DNA from: Planctomycetota bacterium
GTDB lineage: Bacteria; Planctomycetota; Phycisphaerae; UBA1845
DNA length: 33,233 bases
Assembly (NCBI GenBank): GCA_022563615.1
Contig: JADFMZ010000001.1
Span: forward strand, 1-33,233
Direction of reading: 5' to 3'
This document shows, one piece after another, positions 25,955-32,560 of this stretch. Each line of letters starts with the position of its first letter. Position 1 is the stretch's first letter. A program made the position numbers and the translations under genes. The notes below the pieces were generated by a model. The model was not told the DNA's origin. It saw only the letters and a program-made list of their open reading frames with translations, and did not search any database.

Positions 25955-26794
25955 ATGTATTCCCGAAAACGACGATCACTCAACAACGTCTTCCTCGTGA
26001 TGCTCGCGGCCGTTGCCGTCATCCCCTGCACGACTGCACGCGCCGGGCCGATCAATACAGACGTTGCGATGACCCCCCGAAAGGGCGGCAGCATTCTTCG
26101 TCTGCAATACATTTATGGCGAAGCCAAAGGCCGCGGCGAGGTTGAGGAGATCCGCACCTCCAGGGTCAAGGCCACCTATGTATTCGGCCTCAAGAGCAAC
26201 CTTGCGCTCTTTCTGACGGAAACCTATGTGAACCGGAAGGTGGAGCGAATCACCCCTGAACGCGAACGTTTCGAGGACACTGAGGACGGCTTTGCCGACC
26301 TGACGTTCCTCGTCAAATATCGATTCTGGCAGGATGACCGCCGACCCGGAGAATCGCTCCGATGGGCCGTCCTGGGTGGGCTCAACATCCGAAGCGGCGA
26401 TTCGAAGTTCACCAGCGACAGTTACGATCCGATTCTCGGCACGGTGTTCACCTGGCCTCGGGATCGGGGCACGCTGAGCACGGACCTTGTCTACCAGTTC
26501 AACACGGGAGGTGGAGAATCGCGCCACGACGCCCTTCGCTATGACCTGGCCTACTCTTACCGGCTCACACCGGCTACCTACGAGCCAGGCCGCGCCTGGG
26601 AAATCAATGCCGTGGGGGAGCTCAACGGCCGCTACGTCACCGACGGGTCGCACGAAATCTTCCTGTCGCCCGGCTTGCAGTTCGTCACTCAACAATGGAT
26701 ATTCGAAACCTCCATCCAACTGCCCGTCCTTCAAGACCTTGACGGCCCCGAGACCGACTATCGAATCGTCGTCGGCCTTCGGTTTCAGTGGTAG
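25955..26794 (+). CDS. Outer-membrane beta-barrel protein (MetA-pathway/transporter-like)
   Basis: Signal peptide (VFLVMLAAVAVIPCTTARA), alternating amphipathic beta-strand pattern throughout, and a C-terminal VVGLRFQW ending in an aromatic residue, as in OMP barrels. Confidence 0.7.
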   Translation: MYSRKRRSLNNVFLVMLAAVAVIPCTTARAGPINTDVAMTPRKGGSILRLQYIYGEAKGRGEVEEIRTSRVKATYVFGLKSNLALFLTETYVNRKVERITPERERFEDTEDGFADLTFLVKYRFWQDDRRPGESLRWAVLGGLNIRSGDSKFTSDSYDPILGTVFTWPRDRGTLSTDLVYQFNTGGGESRHDALRYDLAYSYRLTPATYEPGRAWEINAVGELNGRYVTDGSHEIFLSPGLQFVTQQWIFETSIQLPVLQDLDGPETDYRIVVGLRFQW

Positions 26795-26939
26795 GGCTCC
26801 GCTCGCGAGCCCAGCCGGGAGTGAAACGCATGAACCGCAGCATCCGCAGCCTGTCGCCCTTCGTTGTTGTAATGGCATCCCTGTCTATGAAGTTGGCACG
26901 AGCGAACATTAGTCACGCTCGAAGCGCAGAAAGCTGTTC

Positions 26940-27773
26940 ATGAGTAAAGGCCGAATCATGGAAGATCGTCGAGCGAACCCGGCTTTTACCCTCATCGAGA
27001 TCCTCGTCGTTATCGCGATCATCGCGCTGCTCGTCGGGATTCTGGTTCCGGCTCTGTTCAGCGCCCGGCAGATCGCCAAGAAAGTAGTCTGTGGCACGCA
27101 TCTTCGCCAGCTCGGGGTGGCCACCGAACTGTACTACAACGAGAACAACTGTTATCCGCCACACAAGTGGAAGCTGCCGGATGGCTCGAACGACCGCTGG
27201 CCATCCGCCGTGGCGATCTTCCTGCGCTCCGAAGAGCTGCAGATATGTCCCTCGGTTCCTGAGTGGCGGGTTGGCCGAAACAACTCCTACGGGTTCAACT
27301 ACAAATACCTGGGAAGCCTTCGTCTGAACAAAAGCAGCCCGACCAGTCCATATGAGCGTTTTCCGGTCATTCGCGTTTCCTCGCCGGGAAAGACAATCGC
27401 CTACGCGGACAGCGACGGTACCGGTTGGGTAAAGCCCTATGATCCGAACGGCACGGACTTCGAAGCGATTGGGAATCACGCCTACACGCTTGATCCGACC
27501 TTCATTCCCATCTACTCATCGGAGACGATCAACAACGAAGGTGTGCAAGAGGCCTACGCATACCTCGACTATCGCACTTACATCTCGACACGGCACAAGG
27601 GCGGGTCCAACGTTGTGTGGGTGGATGGTCACGTTAGCGCGGTTTCACCGGGAGATGTCTATAAGGACAACCGTTTCTGGAACGGACTCGGCCGCGAAGA
27701 TCCGACGCGCGACCCACACGTCGGCACCCGCGTGGGGACGGGCGCATTTCGATTTCAGGATGAAATCGACTGA
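26940..27773 (+). CDS. Prepilin-type N-terminal cleavage/methylation domain protein (pseudopilin, H-x9-DG / DUF1559-like)
   Basis: The N-terminus NPAFTLIEILVVIAIIALLVGILVPAL is the type IV pilin-like methylation motif. The C-terminus HKGGSNVVWVDGHV fits the H-x9-DG motif common in PVC bacteria. Confidence 0.88.
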   Translation: MSKGRIMEDRRANPAFTLIEILVVIAIIALLVGILVPALFSARQIAKKVVCGTHLRQLGVATELYYNENNCYPPHKWKLPDGSNDRWPSAVAIFLRSEELQICPSVPEWRVGRNNSYGFNYKYLGSLRLNKSSPTSPYERFPVIRVSSPGKTIAYADSDGTGWVKPYDPNGTDFEAIGNHAYTLDPTFIPIYSSETINNEGVQEAYAYLDYRTYISTRHKGGSNVVWVDGHVSAVSPGDVYKDNRFWNGLGREDPTRDPHVGTRVGTGAFRFQDEID

Positions 27774-27896
27774 GCCCCTGCCATGAGCACCATGACGACC
27801 CTGCGCAGTGGCGCAGGTCGAGTCGTGAGGCTGAGGTACGACAGTCGCATCAGTGACACCGAACGTATCTACACGAAAAGAGGAGCCACAAGCCGA

Positions 27897-28640
27897 ATGA
27901 ACCTTATCGACGCCAGCCTGTCAGCTATCGCCCTTGCGACGGCGTTACTGCATACGAGTTCCTTCGCCGAGCCGCCGGGTGCCGGCGCATCGAAGGAAGA
28001 GCCATCGGCGCGAAAGCAAGTCGCCTTCCACGTCATCGGCCTGATGAAAACCCAGTCGGGCGCGACGTGACTGGGGTGACCGAACAAGGTCACGGAGTCC
28101 CTGGAAGGGACGCAGGCAACCAAGAGCATCACCTGGGATTACGCCAGGGATCGCGTGACGATTGGATACGATCCGAAGCGGATTTCGCCGGAGAAGCTCG
28201 CCAAGCTCATCACCGATCTGGGCTTCAAGGTAGAGGAGGTTGAGCCGCCGGGCGCAGGCACGGGCGCGGGTGCGAAGAAACACCAGCGCGTCAAAGCACC
28301 GATGCCGGACGACGCGCCGAAGTTTTTTCGCGAGGCCTTCGACAAGGCGCGTCGAGCGAATCATCCTATCGTGATTGATTTCTGGGCAAAGTGGTGCCCG
28401 CCTTGCCTCCAACTGAAGGAAGTCACCTTCCGCGATCCGAAAGTCGCCGGGCTCCTCGAAAAAGTTCAACTGATCTACGTCGATCTGGACCAATACCCGG
28501 CGCTCGGGAAGGCATACGGCGTCCAGGCCATACCGGATCTGTTTCTGGTGGACCGCCAGGGATGGATCGTGGACCGGCTTCAAGACTTCGAGCCGCCGGA
28601 TGCGTTCTTCGTTCGCCTTCGAAGACTGCTTGCGGAGTAA
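27897..28640 (+). CDS. Candidate selenoprotein: secreted HMA-like domain with a UxxU motif fused to a thioredoxin-fold domain (two in-frame TGA codons)
   Basis: ORF-track ORFs 27783..28070 and 28155..28640 share one frame. That frame is open from 27897 to TAA 28638-28640 except for TGA 28068-28070 and TGA 28077-28079. The translation has a signal-like N-terminus (MNLIDASLSAIALATALLHTSSFA). The next segment is KQVAFHVIGLMKTQSGAT-U-LG-U-PNKVTESLEGTQATKSITWDYARDRVTIGYDPKRISPEKLAKLITDLGFKVEEV, a beta-alpha-beta-beta-alpha-beta HMA-like pattern. A Gly/Ala/Pro linker and a thioredoxin fold follow (IVIDFWAKWCPPCLQLK, AIPDLFLVD). AGGAG lies about 11 nt upstream of ATG 27897. The alternative start GTG 28155 would fall inside a beta strand of the HMA-like domain. 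Confidence 0.55.
28076..28111 (+). promoter_or_regulatory. Candidate SECIS-like hairpins immediately downstream of / overlapping the two TGA codons
   Basis: Hairpin 1 is gtgacc (28076-28081), loop gaacaa, ggtcac (28088-28093). It contains the second TGA in its 5-prime arm. Hairpin 2 is gtccc (28097-28101), loop tggaa, gggac (28107-28111). Its G-containing loop starts about 23 nt after the second TGA. Neither has been tested against a SECIS model. Confidence 0.3.
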
Positions 28641-28789
28641 GAGGGTGTATAAAAAGGGTCATGACAAACAGAGCCGCGACCGTAAGGGAGCGGATTTCAT
28701 CCGCGAAACAGGACCGCGCCTTACGGACCCGAACGAGCTAGCCAAGTGGCTTGTAAAGCAGACGGCGCAGGATGAAAACGAGACGGGCT

Positions 28790-29011
28790 CTAAAGGTGGC
28801 TAACGAAATCCTCTATGGTCAATCCGGCATCACGAATCAGGCTTCTAAGTATTCCCCTGTCGAGTTCCTTGTGAAGGGGCACACACAAGTGCAATGGAAA
28901 CCCCTCTTTCTTCAATACTACATGACTACCGCGCTGCCTTTTTTTCTCAAATCCGGCGCGCCCAAACGCCTTTATCGCCTCAGCGCCGGATATTCGCGGA
29001 AGCTCAGGCAT
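28790..29011 (-). CDS. hicA: Type II toxin HicA family (mRNA interferase)
   Basis: 73 aa. The sequence ISGAEAIKAFGRAGFEKKRQRGSHVVLKKEG...LHKELDRGILRSLIRDAGL matches the HicA/YcfA dsRBD-like fold, including the conserved GSH. Confidence 0.88.
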   Translation of the reverse strand: MPELPRISGAEAIKAFGRAGFEKKRQRGSHVVLKKEGFPLHLCVPLHKELDRGILRSLIRDAGLTIEDFVSHL

Positions 29012-29327
29012 TCACAATAACCTGGTACGTTTCCTCGTCGGGGCGCTTGTTCGGTGCCTGCCTCCAGGGGATGGGCATTTTCTCTTCAACGTATGTCTCT
29101 AGAGTTAATTGTAACGCTTCGGCCACATCCTTTACCGCAGACGGGAAATCGGCTCCTTGGCCTACGACGCCGGGAAGCGTTGCGACATAAGCAACGTATC
29201 CGCTGTCTTCACCACGAGAGACGCGAATCTCGCAGCTATACCCGAGGGCCTCTGGCGGATTGGCGGTTCTCCAGCTTGGTTCCACCGGAATAATCGTTGC
29301 TCCGACGGTTTCTCGCGTCTCAATCAT
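29004..29327 (-). CDS. hicB: HicB-family antitoxin N-terminal-domain protein (no DNA-binding domain)
   Basis: 107 aa. The sequence YSCEIRVSRGEDSGYVAYVATLPGVVGQGADFPSAVKDVAEALQLTLETYVEEKMPIP is the HicB/UPF0150 partial RNase H-like fold. It overlaps hicA by 8 nt. AAGGAGG precedes its ATG, inside the 3-prime end of the upstream gene. Confidence 0.82.
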   Translation of the reverse strand: MIETRETVGATIIPVEPSWRTANPPEALGYSCEIRVSRGEDSGYVAYVATLPGVVGQGADFPSAVKDVAEALQLTLETYVEEKMPIPWRQAPNKRPDEETYQVIVNA

Positions 29328-29757
29328 TTGAACCCTCCTTACTCGGCAATTTGGCCACTTGGATGCGAACCGACCCGATCATCGTTTCATCGGTCCAACA
29401 CTCAAAGCTGTAAATACCCGCTCTTGGAAGAGGAAACGGTGGTATCTGGACGACGATATCCAGCGGCGTTAGCGGATCATTGCTTTGAATTCGCATCGGC
29501 TTGCTTTCCATCAGGATTTGGTTGTCGTGTAGGCTGACAAATCGCAATTGCAACACGACTTCACCGATAACGTCCACCAGCAGAATAAACGCAAAGGCTG
29601 AAAAGCTGGTTACACTTGGGAACCCAGAGCTAAAGATTTTGCTGAAAGTTCCGCAAATAATCCGCTTACCCGTCTGGTGATCGGTGTAAATGCGGTCAGC
29701 GAGAACTAGCGCTTGAAGAACCGGCAAGGAGTTTGATTTCTTCACGTCGCAACCCAA
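29320..29757 (-). CDS. Uncharacterised 145-aa protein translationally coupled to hicB
   Basis: The ORF overlaps the hicB start by 8 nt, and the hicB Shine-Dalgarno lies within its last codons. The sequence appears beta-rich (ALVLADRIYTDHQTGKRIICGTFSKIF, EVVLQLRFVSL, GIYSFECWTDETMIGSVRIQV). I recognise no catalytic motif. The start is TTG 29757 or GTG 29745. Confidence 0.65.
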   Translation of the reverse strand: MGCDVKKSNSLPVLQALVLADRIYTDHQTGKRIICGTFSKIFSSGFPSVTSFSAFAFILLVDVIGEVVLQLRFVSLHDNQILMESKPMRIQSNDPLTPLDIVVQIPPFPLPRAGIYSFECWTDETMIGSVRIQVAKLPSKEGSND

Positions 29758-29779
29758 TCTTGCCGTTTATGAAGAACCA

Positions 29780-30016
29780 TCACTCAGTCTTCGACTCTAA
29801 GCTCTTCCCATGGACGCTCTTTCTGATCCACTCCGGTGTAATCGTGGTGGCCTTTCGCTTTGCGCTTCTTAGGAGTGTGTTTCGCGCCCACGACGAAGTA
29901 CTCAGACCACTCGATCTGGCTGCAACGTCCAAGAGACGGCGATCTTCGCGTGTCATTCTGATCCTAAGCACGCTCGTCTTGCGCTCAACATCGGCTTTCC
30001 TTGGCCTGCCCATCAC
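29780..30016 (-). CDS. Ribbon-helix-helix (CopG/MobC/DUF1778-like) DNA-binding protein
   Basis: 78 aa. KTSVLRIRMTREDRRLLDVAARSSGLSTSSWARNTLLRSA fits the beta-strand plus two-helix RHH pattern. It is the first gene of the minus-strand cassette. The start is GTG 30016 or ATG 30013. Confidence 0.75.
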   Translation of the reverse strand: MMGRPRKADVERKTSVLRIRMTREDRRLLDVAARSSGLSTSSWARNTLLRSAKRKATTITPEWIRKSVHGKSLESKTE

Positions 30017-30019
30017 GCT

Positions 30020-30083
30020 TTATTGTAGCAACAAATTTCCCCAATAACAAGCCCGCCAGGCAGAGTTGTTGTGGCTACAATAA
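30020..30083. promoter_or_regulatory. Imperfect inverted repeat directly upstream of the RHH gene (candidate operator or leader hairpin)
   Basis: ttattgtagcaacaa (30020-30034) and ttgttgtggctacaataa (30066-30083) are inverted copies apart from a 2-3 nt insertion. About 30 nt separate them, and the repeat ends 4 nt from the RHH start codon. Confidence 0.35.
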
Positions 30084-30404
30084 CAGCCATGAAAAAACTA
30101 GGCGAAAACAAGCAAACGATGACCCTGAGCGGGTTGGATGAAGGAAACAACATCAAGGCCATGGCGACTCCGTAGCCTACCGATGGGTGCACCCGTGGCA
30201 CCGCCAGAAATGCACGCTTCGCTTGCGGACGTTCTGGCCGGCTTAAGACCGGTTGGCCTGCGGGAAAATATTTTCCGATACGCCGGCCAAGAACCACCTC
30301 TCCCCAAAAAACCGTTTCCCCTATTCAAAGTCTTGGCAGAGACTGCATAATGTGCATAAGACCAAGCTAGGGTTCTTTTCGGTTCGTTCTTTGAGGTATG
30401 TGCT

Positions 30405-32231
30405 TTGACAGACGCAATCCGGGCTTTTCGCAAACGAGGCTGGCGGCTTTGGACCCGGTTTCTTCGATCCGTTCGCGGCACGAACCTGAAGGACGACTAC
30501 TTCCTGATCGTGGTGTCGATCCTGATCGGGGTGGCCACCGGGCTGTCGGCACACTTCTTTTTTGATTTGATCGAATGGGTCAAAGAGCTTGGCTACGGCC
30601 ACGAAGGGCACGGCGGATTCTACACGGGCCGGGCCTGGATGCTGATCGTGCTGCCGGTCGTCGGCGCCCTGGCCGTCGGGCAAATCACGTACTTTCTCGC
30701 GCGAGAGGCGAAAGGACACGGCGTGCCCGAGGTGATGGACGCCCTGTACCGTCGTGGCGGCGTGATTCGCCCTCGGGTAGCGGCGGCCAAGGCTGTCGCC
30801 AGCGCCCTGACCATCGGGTCGGGTGGATCGGCGGGAACCGAGGGGCCCATCATCCAAATCGGCGCCGCCGTCGGAAGCGGTGTCGGACAACTGCTGCGCA
30901 TCCCCCCCCGTTCGATGAGCATCGTCGTGGCCTGCGGGGTTTCCGCCGGCATCGGCGCCATCTTCAACGCCCCAATCGCCGGCGTCCTGTTCGCTTTGGA
31001 AATCTTCCTGAAGGATTTTTCCTTTCGCACCTTCTCGCCCGTGGTGTTCAGCAGCGTCATCAGTTGTTCCATCATGCATTCCCTGCGCGAGGAGGATGTA
31101 GCCATCTTCGAGGTGGGCGCCCTGCGCGACGTGGGTTACATCTTCGCCACCGGCGAGCTGCCTCTGTTTCTGGTGTTGGGATTGGTATGCGCTCTGGCGT
31201 CGGTCTTGTTCATTCGAACCTTGTATTTCACTGAGGATCTCACGGACCGGATCAAGATCCCGGAGTACCTCAAACCTGCGCTCGGGGCGGCGGGGTTGGG
31301 ATTAGCCGGCGTCGCCTATGTTCTGGTAAACCGTTCGGAGGCAGTGCCGGCGTTCTACGGCAACGGGTATCCAGCCATCCAGGCGACCTTGGGACACGCC
31401 CTGATGCAGATGACGGTCGCCGGGCTGTTGGGATTGTTCCTGCTCAAGCTGCTGGCAACCTGTTTGACGCTCGGGACCGGGGGATCGGGCGGCGTTTTTG
31501 CGCCATCGCTGCTAATGGGCGCGACTCTGGGTGGAGCCTTTGGAATGTCGCTGACGCACGCGGGGATCATCGACCCATCCAGCACCAACGCCTACGCCCT
31601 GGTGGGCATGGCTGCGTTGGTCGCCGGAACGACGCACGCTCCGCTAACCGCCATCGTGATGCTGTATGAGATTACCCGCGAGCCGAAAGTGATTCTGCCC
31701 GTCATGCTCGCCGCCATCGTGGCGATGGCCGCCGCCCAGCTTCTCTGTCGGGACAGCATCTACACGTTGAAGCTGCGGCGTCGCGGCGTCCGAGTGGGCA
31801 CGGTGGCCGACCTCACGATTCTGCGGCGTATCAGCGTCGATGAAGTGGAGCGCCGGCCAGCGCCGTTTGTGCATCCCGAAGATCCGCTGCAAAGCTTGAT
31901 CGACGTTGCCGGGCAGACCGACGCCACCGATTTCGTCGTTGTGGACGAGCAAGGAGCCTACCTGGGGATAGTCACCGGCCGAGACATCCACACTGCGCTT
32001 CTGCAACCGGAGGCGGTCTCGCTGTTGGTGGTCAGTGAATTGATGCTTCCCGGCGTGCCGGCAGTCACCCTTCGAGATACGCTTGACCTGGTGCTCGATC
32101 GTTTTGCAAGAAGTCACATCGAATCGATGCCGATCGCCAGCTCCACCGACCGGACATGCATCATCGGCCTGATCACCCGCCAGGCTGTCATGGAACGATA
32201 CCACGAGGAGCTGGAGCGCCAGTCTGGGTAA
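30405..32231 (+). CDS. ClC-family chloride channel / H+-Cl- exchanger with C-terminal CBS pair
   Basis: ClC selectivity motifs are present (GHGVPEV, GSAGTEGP with the gating Glu, GGVFAPS). The membrane domain is polytopic, and two C-terminal CBS-like repeats follow (ILRRISVDEV..., VVSELMLPGVPAV...). The start is TTG. Confidence 0.92.
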   Translation: MTDAIRAFRKRGWRLWTRFLRSVRGTNLKDDYFLIVVSILIGVATGLSAHFFFDLIEWVKELGYGHEGHGGFYTGRAWMLIVLPVVGALAVGQITYFLAREAKGHGVPEVMDALYRRGGVIRPRVAAAKAVASALTIGSGGSAGTEGPIIQIGAAVGSGVGQLLRIPPRSMSIVVACGVSAGIGAIFNAPIAGVLFALEIFLKDFSFRTFSPVVFSSVISCSIMHSLREEDVAIFEVGALRDVGYIFATGELPLFLVLGLVCALASVLFIRTLYFTEDLTDRIKIPEYLKPALGAAGLGLAGVAYVLVNRSEAVPAFYGNGYPAIQATLGHALMQMTVAGLLGLFLLKLLATCLTLGTGGSGGVFAPSLLMGATLGGAFGMSLTHAGIIDPSSTNAYALVGMAALVAGTTHAPLTAIVMLYEITREPKVILPVMLAAIVAMAAAQLLCRDSIYTLKLRRRGVRVGTVADLTILRRISVDEVERRPAPFVHPEDPLQSLIDVAGQTDATDFVVVDEQGAYLGIVTGRDIHTALLQPEAVSLLVVSELMLPGVPAVTLRDTLDLVLDRFARSHIESMPIASSTDRTCIIGLITRQAVMERYHEELERQSG

Positions 32232-32524
32232 CGCGTAGATGCCCCATTCACCTCCATGTGCCGGCATCATCGGGTGCTCCATCTTCCCACGTCTCTCATT
32301 TGCGAGTCCAATAACTAGCGCGAAAATAACCTATCCGCCCAGGTTTTCCCATAGGCTGTTCTCGCGACAAAGCTTACGCGCAGGAGTCCGGGATTTCCCT
32401 TGTCGAGGTTGACCGATGGGAATGGGCTTGATCGCGCCAATCGAATCATTGATGATTCTCAACGCAACCCAAATCACCGTTCCACCCGAATTCAAAAAAA
32501 CTTGAGAATGTGGATAAGTTTTGT

Positions 32525-32554
32525 TTGACAGAGATGGTAACACTGAGGTAATAT
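32525..32554 (+). promoter_or_regulatory. Near-consensus sigma-70 promoter with A/T-rich upstream element
   Basis: TTGACA (32525-32530), an 18-nt spacer, then TAATAT (32549-32554). It is preceded by aattcaaaaaaacttgagaatgtggataagttttg. No plausible protein-coding gene lies downstream. Confidence 0.6.
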
Positions 32555-32560
32555 GCCGCC

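Larger units (their letters stand above)
28641..30404. other. A/T-richer accessory islet between the thioredoxin-domain gene and the ClC gene
   Basis: By eye, composition is clearly less G+C-rich than the flanks. All four genes run opposite to the flanking plus-strand genes, and the content is toxin-antitoxin-like. I saw no integrase, tRNA or flanking direct repeats. Confidence 0.45.

Noticed and set aside
27783-28640. Reading the locus as two ordinary genes: a 95-aa or 57-aa peptide ending at TGA 28070, and a 161-aa thioredoxin protein starting at GTG 28155. Alternatively, a global TGA reassignment.
   Set aside because: GTG 28155 would start inside a beta strand of an otherwise complete HMA-like unit. 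The 75 nt upstream of it are in frame and encode the matching helix. Global reassignment is excluded because several well-supported genes in the window terminate with TGA. A pseudogene with two nonsense mutations remains possible, so the CDS is reported only at moderate confidence.
30098-30481. ORFs 30098..30481 (-), 30138..30350 (+) and 30013..30297 (-) in the islet's right flank. Also the string gtgcacccgtggcac (about 30197-30211), which resembles the tgtggcacggg repeat core.
   Set aside because: The ORFs overlap each other and the ClC start, and they lack protein-like features. The repeat similarity is limited to about 9 nt without the flanking modules.
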